64,000 nt of DNA, taken from positions 128,001-192,000 of the IMG/VR virus record IMGVR_UViG_2597490325_000001; one strand, given 5' to 3'. The stretch comes from a virus (Duplodnaviria; Caudoviricetes). Shown piece by piece: positions 7,742-17,357 of the stretch (its first letter is position 1; every line of letters begins with the position of its first letter). Position numbers and translations under genes: made by a program. Below the pieces are notes generated by a model that was not told the DNA's origin, made no database searches, and saw only the letters and a list, made by a program, of their open reading frames with translations.

Positions 7742-10294
7742 ATGGCAAATAATGACTTACAAGAAATGCTAAAACGTTTTAGATATCCGTTAAATTCAAC
7801 TTCTATGCAACCTATAACTGGTAAGCAAGAAGGCGCGGTATCTATGTGTAAGGCTAATCTAGTAACTTTACAAGAGTTACAAAGAGAGGCTGATTCAGCA
7901 TATACAAAATTTGATATAAGTGTAAAAGAAGCTAGATCTTCTGTAGGTAATACAATAAATCCTAATATACCCGCTTCTAGTGTTACAGCCCAATATTTAA
8001 TGGGTCGTATAGATATGGGTGTAAGTGTAGCCGTACGTCTTCAAAATGAAATAAATAAAGTACTAAATCCAAATCTACCGGATTATGTCAAGATGGCATA
8101 TACCCCAAGTGTAGTAGATTTTGGAGGAGTAACACAGGCTTTTAATACATATTATACAAAGCTTAAAGATATTGAGAAACGAGCAGCTAAGATAAAGGAA
8201 GATAACAAACCTGAAATCAAGGAAGCTACAGTTTCATCAGCTAATACTGAATATTCTCTAGAGAATAAGACTTTCCTGAAGTCTATGTATGATATTTCTA
8301 TACAAATGATTCTTCCAGACAATACTCAGAACGATATAACTCAATATATTACAGATATCCTATATTCATTTAATGCGGATAATATGGTAATGCCAATTTA
8401 TTCTGTAAAAATGAAGATGCCAGCAACGCTATATGATTCTATAAGAAAATATTTTGAAGGAATAAAATGGTATATTACTGTCAAATTATATACTAAAACT
8501 TCTGATACTAGTCAAGATCAATTCGCTATACCTTCTTTAATTAAAGATTTTGAAGAATTAGTAGCTATTGATCCTACATTTAGTCCCGGAAACGATGATT
8601 CCAATAGACCTGAAGGTGTTCTGCCTATTTATACCATGAAAATGGATTTTGTTTCTGCTAAGGGGAATGCATTAAACTCCATAGTAAAAGCGAGAGTATT
8701 TTCTAACTGTAAATTAATTGATGTTATTTCAGCCCTATGTAGTCAAGTCAAGCAGGAATATGAATCAACTGGTAATGTAGACTCAAGTAAAGAGATTAAG
8801 TATACTATTTCTCCTCCAGATAATACTCAAACTTATGAGCAAATCATAATAAAGCCTGGTAGTTTTACGGCTACTCTTCATGCTTTACAAAGAGAGTATG
8901 GAGTATATAAAACAGGTATTCAAGTACTATTTGATGGAAATCATAATATAAAAGATACTAATGGTGTTAAGCCAATTAGTTATTTAACTATTACGGATAA
9001 AGGTGGTACTGCTCCTGCTACAAATAATATAACTGATGCTTTATTTGAAGTAGTAGATCCTAAATATGTAAAAAATATGATTCATGAAACAGGTTACTTA
9101 ATCAATAATGATACAAGTAGTGTTACTGTTAGAACTTTTGAACCTTATCACCTTGTAAAAACTAACTCCGACAGGCTTAGTAGAGGTGATTCAGTAAGGG
9201 TAATGAGTACTTCTCAGAACTCAGCTTCTAGTACTGTATGTGACAATCCAAATGATTTTTCTACATACAATCAAAGATTTTATTATAGTAAATTTGATAA
9301 TCCGTATGCATTAACTCAGTTGCAAGATAACATCCGTGAAAGAAATCAGATGTTAACTATAGAAGCTAGAGACATAGATATTTTTACTTTTAATGCTAAT
9401 CTAAATTATCAAGTTAAATTTTATAGTAGAGACGATGAAACTGGATCAGGTGCATATAGACTCAAAAAATATGCGGCTTATTTCGGATTTACTCGTTCTG
9501 GTGTTAAGAGTAGGGTAGAAACATCTGCCGTTTTTGAATTCGGAAATATACCTGAATTGAGAGAAAATGGGGTAACAGCCCCTAGGAAGACTTACGCAGA
9601 GAAGGTTGGAAGCACTAATAAAAGTGCGTCAAATTCAACTACTCTAAAAGGTGCTACCTCTAGTGGTACAGGTGGTGGTTTTACTTCTAACTCATCTAAT
9701 ACTCCATCAGTTCCATTTAAAACTAACTTTAGAAATAAAAAAGACTATTTAGGTAATACCATTCCAGAAACTATACCTGCTAGTTACAAGATGTCTCAAC
9801 AAACTACGTTCGAAGATGTCTATGTAACTCAAACAGGTACTGATTTATATAAAGGTAATGGGTTAGCAAATAATTTTGCATATTTTATAAATGCTCAAAG
9901 GTTTGCATCAGAAATTCTAGATCCTTTATTTAATTCTGAAGGTAAATCTAAATTAGTTGATTTTTATAAGTATGAAACAGATGGTTCTTATGGCGCTAGT
10001 GCTCACTTAGTAGCTTTAGCTGCAGATGTATCATTCAATAAGAGTGGTGATGAATTAATCAAGTCATTTATCAAGATATCTAATATGGGTCTTGATTTTG
10101 ATCAGTTAATTCTTCAAGGCGATGGTAGTTCATGGAAGTACATTCATATTGGTAAGAATATGAATGAAACTAATCGTAAACAAGTAATACTATCACCTAC
10201 ATCAGTAAATAATGACTACAAAGTAATCAATAAAGCCTTAACTGAAGAAGATGTACCTAAACTTAAAATAACTGAATTTAGAAAATACTTTTAA
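7742..10294 (+). CDS. Baseplate hub-like virion protein with C-terminal peptidase M15 (peptidoglycan hydrolase) domain
   Basis: 850 aa; C-terminal SAHLVALAADV...FDQLILQG...YIHIG (H-x6-D plus HxH-like Zn ligands) after an S/T/G linker; the hub call is from context and beta-rich pattern. Confidence 0.65.
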   Translation: MANNDLQEMLKRFRYPLNSTSMQPITGKQEGAVSMCKANLVTLQELQREADSAYTKFDISVKEARSSVGNTINPNIPASSVTAQYLMGRIDMGVSVAVRLQNEINKVLNPNLPDYVKMAYTPSVVDFGGVTQAFNTYYTKLKDIEKRAAKIKEDNKPEIKEATVSSANTEYSLENKTFLKSMYDISIQMILPDNTQNDITQYITDILYSFNADNMVMPIYSVKMKMPATLYDSIRKYFEGIKWYITVKLYTKTSDTSQDQFAIPSLIKDFEELVAIDPTFSPGNDDSNRPEGVLPIYTMKMDFVSAKGNALNSIVKARVFSNCKLIDVISALCSQVKQEYESTGNVDSSKEIKYTISPPDNTQTYEQIIIKPGSFTATLHALQREYGVYKTGIQVLFDGNHNIKDTNGVKPISYLTITDKGGTAPATNNITDALFEVVDPKYVKNMIHETGYLINNDTSSVTVRTFEPYHLVKTNSDRLSRGDSVRVMSTSQNSASSTVCDNPNDFSTYNQRFYYSKFDNPYALTQLQDNIRERNQMLTIEARDIDIFTFNANLNYQVKFYSRDDETGSGAYRLKKYAAYFGFTRSGVKSRVETSAVFEFGNIPELRENGVTAPRKTYAEKVGSTNKSASNSTTLKGATSSGTGGGFTSNSSNTPSVPFKTNFRNKKDYLGNTIPETIPASYKMSQQTTFEDVYVTQTGTDLYKGNGLANNFAYFINAQRFASEILDPLFNSEGKSKLVDFYKYETDGSYGASAHLVALAADVSFNKSGDELIKSFIKISNMGLDFDQLILQGDGSSWKYIHIGKNMNETNRKQVILSPTSVNNDYKVINKALTEEDVPKLKITEFRKYF

Positions 10295-10334
10295 ATAAAC
10301 CCCTATATCCCCGAAAGAGGGATATAGGGAGTTT
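10292..10334. repeat. Bidirectional terminator / dispersed repeat, copy 1
   Basis: TAAATAAACCCCTATATCCCC-gaaa-GAGGGATATAGGGAGTTT between convergent genes; identical to 63016-63058 except for the 4 central nt. Confidence 0.9.
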
Positions 10335-10336
10335 TA

Positions 10337-11185
10337 TTACTCTTTTCCTGATACTAGTTTAGATGAATAATCTGAATGAATCTTCAACCAATTATTCATA
10401 AACTTAGCAATTTCGCCTAAGAATGAAACATTATTAAATAATGCTTTAGTTCTTCTGGTAAGCATATCTAATGAAATTTGTTTACCATTCATCTTATAGA
10501 GTTTAAATAACTGTTCTATCTTAGCTTTCAACTCTTCTAAGTGAGAAATAGTCTTAAGGAGCTGTTCATTAGTAGAATTAAACTGACCCATAATCATTTG
10601 AAGCTTTTGTTTAAAGGCTTCAACTTCTTGAGCAGTATATTCATTTTCAGTTAAATCAGTAAATCTGGAAAGGTTATTTCCAAAAATCTCAGTTACTAAC
10701 TGTTTATCTTGAGCTGGAATGTCTTTCATACCATCAGCATTACCATTATAGGATAAACTCGCTTTAGCAGCTTCTGGAGACGTCTCTTGAGCAACAAACG
10801 AGATAATATTTGTCACACCGTTGGCAAATTTATCTGATTCTTCTACAAATTTTTCAAAATTAGCAAAGCCTTTAAGTTTTACTTTATCGCCTTTACTTTT
10901 TCTTTCAAACTTACCAAGGATTTTAGCAAAAATTTTCTTAGCAAAATCTCTTAGCTTAATCAGATATTTTCTAACAGTTTCTATGATCCGTTTAAGGAAT
11001 TTGATGATTTTTTCTTTAAACGATTCAGCGGCTTCAGAGTTTTCACCTTCAGGAGAATTTTCATCAGCTTCTTTTAAAATAATTGCACTATTAAATAATT
11101 CTTCTGCAAGAATTACAACTTTTTTAAATTGAGAACTTTCTTCTTCCATTAGGGAAAAAAGTTTATCAGAATAGATGAAGTCCAT
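10337..11185 (-). CDS. Putative internal head protein (paralog array)
   Basis: 282 aa; acidic N-terminus with L-x-E sites (LMEE, LKEA), then amphipathic FKEKIIKFLKRIIETVRKYL helix. Confidence 0.6.
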   Translation of the reverse strand: MDFIYSDKLFSLMEEESSQFKKVVILAEELFNSAIILKEADENSPEGENSEAAESFKEKIIKFLKRIIETVRKYLIKLRDFAKKIFAKILGKFERKSKGDKVKLKGFANFEKFVEESDKFANGVTNIISFVAQETSPEAAKASLSYNGNADGMKDIPAQDKQLVTEIFGNNLSRFTDLTENEYTAQEVEAFKQKLQMIMGQFNSTNEQLLKTISHLEELKAKIEQLFKLYKMNGKQISLDMLTRRTKALFNNVSFLGEIAKFMNNWLKIHSDYSSKLVSGKE

Positions 11186-11186
11186 C

Positions 11187-11978
11187 TTAGAATCCTTGGT
11201 CTGAATACATTTTGGAATTACCTAAACCCTTATCGGACATCATGCGTACCATAGATTTAGAATTGGCGCTACCTCCAATTACTCTAAAGAAAGGACTTCT
11301 TATAGCAACTTTATTGACTAAAGCAATTACTACACTTACCAATCTTTCCATCTGATCTAAGAGACGAATATTGGGGGACTGAATATTATTGTCAACAAAT
11401 TGATGCTGTATTTCTTTAAGCTCTTTAATAAGCATAGGGAAAAACTTATCTATTATCCAAGAACAGCCTTGTCTTAAAGCTTGAAGATTAGTTCGTATTT
11501 GCTCTAAAAAGATAGTATTGTTACTATCAGTAGCATTACCATTAAGATACATATTAGCGTTATCTAATTGGTCGCATAGTTTAGAGATATGGTTATTTAC
11601 ACTCAAAATAGTACTAAATGAGTTATCAAAGTCAGAGATATTTACATCAAATAAGCTATGTAATACTCTTTCACCCATACTTAAGCATTCAATTCTACCA
11701 TTAAGTGATTTTAATGTAGATGCTAAATCATATTCATGTGATTGTGAATATCGATTTACTAATTCATTATGGCTAAAGAATATTTTATTGATACTATTAT
11801 CATTCAAGAAACCTTCTAATCTAGCAATAAGCTTATCTGGAACCGAATTAGTCAAAGCTGTTTGCATATCTTGAAGGTAAGTAGTTTCTGTAAGAATAGC
11901 TACCTTTAATGGGATAGAACATTCATGATGTTCTAGGAGATTATCAATCTCGTTAAATGTGTAATCTAGGTTATTCAT
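11187..11978 (-). CDS. Putative internal head / virion protein
   Basis: 263 aa; LLEH and LTET sites; late-promoter variant upstream. Confidence 0.5.
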   Translation of the reverse strand: MNNLDYTFNEIDNLLEHHECSIPLKVAILTETTYLQDMQTALTNSVPDKLIARLEGFLNDNSINKIFFSHNELVNRYSQSHEYDLASTLKSLNGRIECLSMGERVLHSLFDVNISDFDNSFSTILSVNNHISKLCDQLDNANMYLNGNATDSNNTIFLEQIRTNLQALRQGCSWIIDKFFPMLIKELKEIQHQFVDNNIQSPNIRLLDQMERLVSVVIALVNKVAIRSPFFRVIGGSANSKSMVRMMSDKGLGNSKMYSDQGF

Positions 11979-12002
11979 TTTTACTTTATCCGTTAACGGT
12001 TA

Positions 12003-12015
12003 CTAATAAATTGTA
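12003..12015 (-). promoter_or_regulatory. Late-type promoter variant
   Basis: TACA-ATTTAT-TAG on the minus strand. Confidence 0.55.
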
Positions 12016-12034
12016 CTAGAAAATAGAAAGAAAA

Positions 12035-12063
12035 CCCCATATCACCTTTAAGATGATATGGGG
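12035..12063 (-). terminator. Family hairpin terminator
   Basis: CCCCATATCA...TGATATGGGG with T-tract on the minus strand. Confidence 0.75.
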
Positions 12064-12083
12064 AGATAACTAGCCTAAACTAA

Positions 12084-12863
12084 TTATTTTTTATCTGCTT
12101 CTTTAGCCGCTTTAGCTTCTGCTGCTTTATCAGCTGCTACACCACGAGCACCGTGGGTAGCTTTAAACAGAGCATGAACAAACTTGGAAGACAGAGAAGC
12201 AAGTTTAGAAGCTTGACGCTGAGCTTTGTTCAGAGTAGTAACAACAGCTGCATCACCGCCGCCAGCAGAGGCAGCTTTAGCCTTCAGGCTTTCTGCAACT
12301 TTCTTAACACGATCGTTAGCAGCTTTAGCCATAGTTTCTACTTTAGAAACATCAGTAGCCAGGAACTTAACGCCTTCACCTTTTTCAGCAGCGGCGCGAT
12401 AAGCAGCCAGACCTTCCTGATAAGCAGCATCGAATTCATCTTTACCAAGAGCATTGGCAGCTTTTTCGATAGCGGAAACCAGTTTAGGGGCATTTTTAAA
12501 GCTTTCTGGAAGTTCTAGAGTTTTAGCGCCCAGAGCAGCTTTCAGACGTACAACTTGTTTGCTAATGAAAGCAGAAACGGCATTGTACACTTTCATGATA
12601 GCTTCATAGGCACGTTGTGCCATAGCTTTCACTTTTTCTTTAACATTACCCAGGAAACCAGCTTTCTTATCTTCTTTAGCAGCGTCACCGCCTTCTTCTT
12701 CAGTCAGAGCAGAAAGTTGTTTTTCCAGTTTATAGTCAGCAACCATAATGGATTCATTCAGAATCGCGGAATCACTAATAACGTCAGTCAGCTCAGCAAG
12801 GGCTTCAAACAGGGAAGGTGCTTCTACTTTCTGGGTATTGGCGGATTCTAAAAACATAGCCAT
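12084..12863 (-). CDS. Abundant Ala/Lys-rich putative internal head protein
   Basis: 259 aa; FLES, LFEA, LNES, LTEE sites; highly biased codons; own late promoter and terminator. Confidence 0.65.
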   Translation of the reverse strand: MAMFLESANTQKVEAPSLFEALAELTDVISDSAILNESIMVADYKLEKQLSALTEEEGGDAAKEDKKAGFLGNVKEKVKAMAQRAYEAIMKVYNAVSAFISKQVVRLKAALGAKTLELPESFKNAPKLVSAIEKAANALGKDEFDAAYQEGLAAYRAAAEKGEGVKFLATDVSKVETMAKAANDRVKKVAESLKAKAASAGGGDAAVVTTLNKAQRQASKLASLSSKFVHALFKATHGARGVAADKAAEAKAAKEADKK

Positions 12864-12921
12864 GATTTATTTCCTTTATATAAAGATTTTTGATCTGTTG
12901 CAACAGAATATGACTTAATGA

Positions 12922-12934
12922 CTATCTTAATGTT
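12922..12934 (-). promoter_or_regulatory. Late-type promoter
   Basis: AACA-TTAAGA-TAG. Confidence 0.8.
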
Positions 12935-12971
12935 AGTGTAATTACAAAATAAAATTCGCAATTTGCTTTAT

Positions 12972-13774
12972 TTAGGCGATTCTAACATCTTGATTAAAGT
13001 TAACTAACATAGCGGCCATTCCTTTGGTAAGGAAAGTAGATAATTTTAATAGACTATTAATGGATTTCTCAGATTCATCATATATATCCATTTTTCTTGA
13101 AAAATCTCCATCCTTTAAATTTCCTGAAGAATTTTCTTCAATTCTTTTAAAGAGCATTATAGTACTTAATTGAATATCTTTAGATATTTCTTTAACTTTT
13201 TCTAAAAAAGATCAACGTTGTTTACATCCACTAAAGTACCTTTACCCATTAAGCTATCCCCACCAGTATTTTTAGATAAAAGTAATTCTATTCTATCTCT
13301 AGCATCGGAGCTTTTTAAAGTAGAATCGGATTGCAGGTCTGAAATAATTTTTGGTGCTATATTAATGAAATCATATAATCCTGAAGGAATATGCATCTGA
13401 ATTGTAATTTTTCCATTAATATTTTCAACACCCCCTTTACCATCAGAAGTATACTTTCCAATAATAACTTTTTCTACATCTACTTCCCGTTTGGATTTCT
13501 TAACAGTTTTTTCATTAACAAATACTTTATTTAAGTAAGTTCTTAATTTTTCTTTCATTTTAACTGCATAGATCAAGATATTCTGAGCAGCCTTAAGTAA
13601 ATAAGTCTTTAACTTGAGAATCACTTTCCTGAAATCACCTTTAGCTTCACTTAGGGTTTCATAAGTTTCGGTATTCTCAAGTAAACTATCTAAATTATCA
13701 AAAGATGCTTCCAAAAGAGATATATTAGGCTCTTTCATTACCTCATCTTTTATATAGGATTCTATAAATAACAT
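12972..13774 (-). CDS. Internal-head paralog split by a -1 frame junction (ORFs 13202-13774 and 12972-13157)
   Basis: Upstream frame ends GAT CTT TTT TAG; the -1 frame is open from this T6 run to 12972; the joined product is ~267 aa, like its neighbours. Confidence 0.7.
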
Positions 13775-13796
13775 GTGATTTTCCTTTATAAATTTT

Positions 13797-13809
13797 CTAA
13801 TTATGTGTT
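13797..13809 (-). promoter_or_regulatory. Late-type promoter
   Basis: AACA-CATAAT-TAG. Confidence 0.8.
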
Positions 13810-13812
13810 GAA

Positions 13813-13844
13813 ATTACCCTATTCACCGAAATGAATAGGGTAAT
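13813..13844 (-). terminator. Hairpin terminator
   Basis: ATTACCCTATTCA-ccgaaa-TGAATAGGGTAAT. Confidence 0.7.
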
Positions 13845-13846
13845 AA

Positions 13847-14593
13847 TTATTTATTGATAAGTAATGAATGGCTAACTAAATCAGATTTTAAGCCAGCTGC
13901 CATTAGAAATACATCTAATGTCTGTACCGCTTGACCGGATTTAGCTGTATCTACTTCCTCAATAGAAGCATTACCAAAGAGAGAAATATCTTGCAAGAAT
14001 TTATTCTTAGCCTCAATATTATCCCCTCTAGCACCTAATACTTCCTTGATAATTGGAGAGTAACCATTAGCATCTTCTTTACTAGGATCATCAAGAGTTA
14101 CTGAAAGTAGGGCTTGAGTATCATAGTCGGTAAATCTACCAGACTTATTATCCTGATTAAGAGAACCAGTTAATCTTGAACGAACATTACCAGAAGATAT
14201 ATCAACATTACTTTTAACTTTCTTAGAAAGTAATTGTTGCATACGTTTCATATGCACCCAAAGAACAGGTACTTTATAAGGTGTACGGATTACTTTACCA
14301 TCAGTAGTTTTGTGTCTAATATAGACATATTCTTCTAATGGTACATTGATATGCTTAGCAGCTTTTTCAATATTATCTAAAGTAATATCATTTTTACCGT
14401 ATAAATCCATTTCTACATAGAACTGATTATCTTCAGAAGATTTCATCTTTTTAAAGTATTCAACAAAATCTTTATCAGACATGGATTTAAATAATTCCTT
14501 ATATCGATTACTATTCATACCACTTGGATCCATAGCACTAATAGTATCAATAATAAGTTTCTCAGCTTTTTTACGATTCTTTGCAGTAATCAT
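13847..14593 (-). CDS. RNA polymerase beta extreme C-terminal chain (probably virion RNAP)
   Basis: KVPVLWVHMKRMQQLLSKK..RSRLTG..GRFTDYDTQAL..EVLGARGDN aligns by eye to rpoB v.vG.my.lKL.H..dK..aRs.G..qRfGEME.wAL..E.lt.kSDd; lies in a late operon. Confidence 0.7.
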   Translation of the reverse strand: MITAKNRKKAEKLIIDTISAMDPSGMNSNRYKELFKSMSDKDFVEYFKKMKSSEDNQFYVEMDLYGKNDITLDNIEKAAKHINVPLEEYVYIRHKTTDGKVIRTPYKVPVLWVHMKRMQQLLSKKVKSNVDISSGNVRSRLTGSLNQDNKSGRFTDYDTQALLSVTLDDPSKEDANGYSPIIKEVLGARGDNIEAKNKFLQDISLFGNASIEEVDTAKSGQAVQTLDVFLMAAGLKSDLVSHSLLINK

Positions 14594-14595
14594 AC

Positions 14596-16113
14596 TTATT
14601 TCTCTGTATTTGTACCCATAGCATCAGTAGTTACAGAACCAAGTTGCTTAAGGCCAGGGAACTTATTAGGTAGAGTCCAGATATCAGTAATCAACTCTTT
14701 AGCTATTTCGCCAAAGTTAGCTGTTTTAAATAGATATGAATAGATATTATCATTTACCATAGAGTCAATATCTTTCTTATCTTGAGGGAATATTGAGAAT
14801 TTGTTATTAGCAATTTCTTTGATATCCCTATCTATCTTAGCAATAATTACTGGATCTTTAGTCTTAGATTTAAGACGTTTCAATCCTTCAATAATATGCT
14901 TAGGTCTTGCTTTATTAGAGGGATGAGGATCAGCAATATTAATCAATTCTACAAAGCCTTCAAGAATATAATTAGATGTAAATGCCGCAATAAGAAGATA
15001 ATCATCCGAATTCAAAGGTTTATTCTTATTCAATTTATCCTGTACATCGACAAATGCACGTTTATCACGTACACCATACATACCTAATTTAGCAATACCG
15101 CTTGCTAATTCAGGGCCATACCCGTGCATTGCAGCAAAATCATCACAGAATTTTTCTTCAGCACTACCATCCATAGCTATCATACTCATAATTTTAGATG
15201 GTAAAGATACTACAAAACCGAGAATAGAAGTAATTTGCTGAGCTATATAGTTTATCAAGCTAGGAATAATTGATATCCCCATAATAGCTTCAAACTGCTT
15301 GGCTGTATTTACTGAGGTTTTACGAAAATTACCAATACCGTTGATAAATGCCATCATTACTTTATTAATACCACCGAATACTTTTTCATACATTTCGTCC
15401 GGCATATTATTTCTAAGAAGGTTTAGAAGCTTAGCTAGCAATACTACAGGAAAATCAAAAGCTGATTGACACGCAGATACTAATTTAGCTGAGTAAGAAC
15501 CTCTATAGAAATTATGTCCTATTTCATGTAAAATTACAGAAAGTATTTCACCTGATGTTAAAGCTGTATCAGCAAATAATGGTGTAGTAATAGTAATATC
15601 AAGAATACCTGCAACCATAGGGTTTTTATATTTGATTTGTTTACCAGTATTTTCAATTACTGAATTATCAAATGGGATAAACCTATTTACTTGAGACATT
15701 GATTTAAAAGTAAATGCATTAGGCATAAATGCCATAAGAGCCATTGGAAGCTCTTTAGTTTTACCTTTAGTCAGAGCATCATATACCAATATGGCTATAA
15801 AACCGGAGTCTAAAACCCCTAAGTTAATATTACAGCCAGCAAACCCAAAATATTTAGCAATTAAATTACCTAATTCACGAGTTTCTGAATGAAGTTTCTT
15901 AACGTTCTTCTCTTTTGAAATTTTAGTACGGATGTCATCAATAGCTTTCTCCATTTTAAGTAATTCAGGAGTTTTTGCAAAGTACACATCTTCAGTAAGT
16001 AAGGTCTTTCCAAGAATATTCTTTTCTAGAGTATTAAAATTGCATATTCCTTCTTCTAAAAAGAATTTCTCTAATGATTCTTTCAATTCATCTTGTTCTG
16101 CAAACGTAAGCAT
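14596..16113 (-). CDS. Zinc metallopeptidase, M48/HtpX-like, probably virion-associated
   Basis: LTSGEILSVILHEIGH (HExxH), EEKFCDDFA, DPHPSNKAR; N-terminal L-x-E sites. Confidence 0.8.
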   Translation of the reverse strand: MLTFAEQDELKESLEKFFLEEGICNFNTLEKNILGKTLLTEDVYFAKTPELLKMEKAIDDIRTKISKEKNVKKLHSETRELGNLIAKYFGFAGCNINLGVLDSGFIAILVYDALTKGKTKELPMALMAFMPNAFTFKSMSQVNRFIPFDNSVIENTGKQIKYKNPMVAGILDITITTPLFADTALTSGEILSVILHEIGHNFYRGSYSAKLVSACQSAFDFPVVLLAKLLNLLRNNMPDEMYEKVFGGINKVMMAFINGIGNFRKTSVNTAKQFEAIMGISIIPSLINYIAQQITSILGFVVSLPSKIMSMIAMDGSAEEKFCDDFAAMHGYGPELASGIAKLGMYGVRDKRAFVDVQDKLNKNKPLNSDDYLLIAAFTSNYILEGFVELINIADPHPSNKARPKHIIEGLKRLKSKTKDPVIIAKIDRDIKEIANNKFSIFPQDKKDIDSMVNDNIYSYLFKTANFGEIAKELITDIWTLPNKFPGLKQLGSVTTDAMGTNTEK

Positions 16114-16122
16114 TTTTTATCC

Positions 16123-17283
16123 TTACTTACAATGGTTTATAATTAGTATAAATACAAAGTATGAATACAGTGCATTTCGATAAGACATTTTAGTCGCTAA
16201 TCTTTGTGTCATAGCATATTTAGAAGAATATATAGAAAGTAATCTATCTAATTCATCTTTCAACGCAATAAGGTTTTGGTTGGAGGAGTTTGATACAGAT
16301 AACTGTTTTAAAGCGGTAATGGCAAAATCGGTAGTGCATACCCTGCCAATAAGTGCCGGATCAGCATCGTAAATAACTCCAACTAAGTGAGTCATAAACT
16401 CTTTAACAGTAGTAGGACTTTCATTCTTACGAATACTTGCTAAAGTCTGATATACTGTACTAGATGGGATAGAGTTCTTAGCGGCTACTTTCTGAACGAT
16501 ACTCAAATCCACATTACTAGACATGAAATACGTTACTGTTCCTTCTGCCAAGTTCTGGATAACACCTGTACTATTTTCATAGTCTAGTAAGTTACCAGAT
16601 TCATCATCATAGGTTTTTACAGTATTGAGATAGTTCTTTTTAGCACGGTTATTATAGTATTCTTTTGCAATATTCATAATGATTTTATTCAAACGAGAGA
16701 ATATCTGCGTTAAATAATCATTAAGCATCTCATCATTACCTTCAAGAAGTTTCTTCTCATAGTATTGATGTGAATTGAATACTACATCTTTAATAACCCC
16801 GTAGTTATTTTTGGCAGCTTTATATTTAAACTTATCTGAAAGATCATTCAGAGTAAATGCCATAATTTGCTGGTTAACACCATGCTTAAAGTATTTAGGG
16901 AAAAGACCAGAATAGATTTTCAAACTCATATACATGAGAATCAATTCTAAATCGGCTTGTCTTTTTTGTTTATCTAGATCACGAATCATATAACATGAAA
17001 GGATATAGAATGGGTTATTAAGTATCTGCCAGCTAGCTTTAATACTAGGTACTTGCTTAATAACTGCTTTAACTTCTGCCTCTGTTACGCCTACAAACTC
17101 AAGAATAACATCTTGGTCTCTATTAGTAAAGAGTAATCTAGTCATTGGCCCTTGAGCAAAAATTACTTCATGATTCTTATCCATATAGTTAATAATATGC
17201 TTTTTCAAATTAGCAAATTTAACTTTATCATTGATAGCATCATTAATCTTTTTCTCAAAGTTCTTTAAAATAAATGTGCTCAT
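16123..17283 (-). CDS. Hypothetical helical late protein (start moved to ATG 17283)
   Basis: GAGG RBS at 17293-17296 (minus) and the promoter at 17304 favour the MSTFILK start. Confidence 0.7.
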   Translation of the reverse strand: MSTFILKNFEKKINDAINDKVKFANLKKHIINYMDKNHEVIFAQGPMTRLLFTNRDQDVILEFVGVTEAEVKAVIKQVPSIKASWQILNNPFYILSCYMIRDLDKQKRQADLELILMYMSLKIYSGLFPKYFKHGVNQQIMAFTLNDLSDKFKYKAAKNNYGVIKDVVFNSHQYYEKKLLEGNDEMLNDYLTQIFSRLNKIIMNIAKEYYNNRAKKNYLNTVKTYDDESGNLLDYENSTGVIQNLAEGTVTYFMSSNVDLSIVQKVAAKNSIPSSTVYQTLASIRKNESPTTVKEFMTHLVGVIYDADPALIGRVCTTDFAITALKQLSVSNSSNQNLIALKDELDRLLSIYSSKYAMTQRLATKMSYRNALYSYFVFILIINHCK

Positions 17284-17303
17284 TTTAAAAATCCTCAATA
17301 ATT

Positions 17304-17316
17304 CTAATGAGTTGTT
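17304..17316 (-). promoter_or_regulatory. Late-type promoter
   Basis: AACA-ACTCAT-TAG. Confidence 0.8.
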
Positions 17317-17322
17317 AAAGAG

Positions 17323-17352
17323 TCCCCATATAGGAATGAACCTATATGGGGA
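17323..17352 (-). terminator. Family hairpin terminator
   Basis: TCCCCATATAGG-aatgaa-CCTATATGGGGA. Confidence 0.75.
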
Positions 17353-17357
17353 ATATC

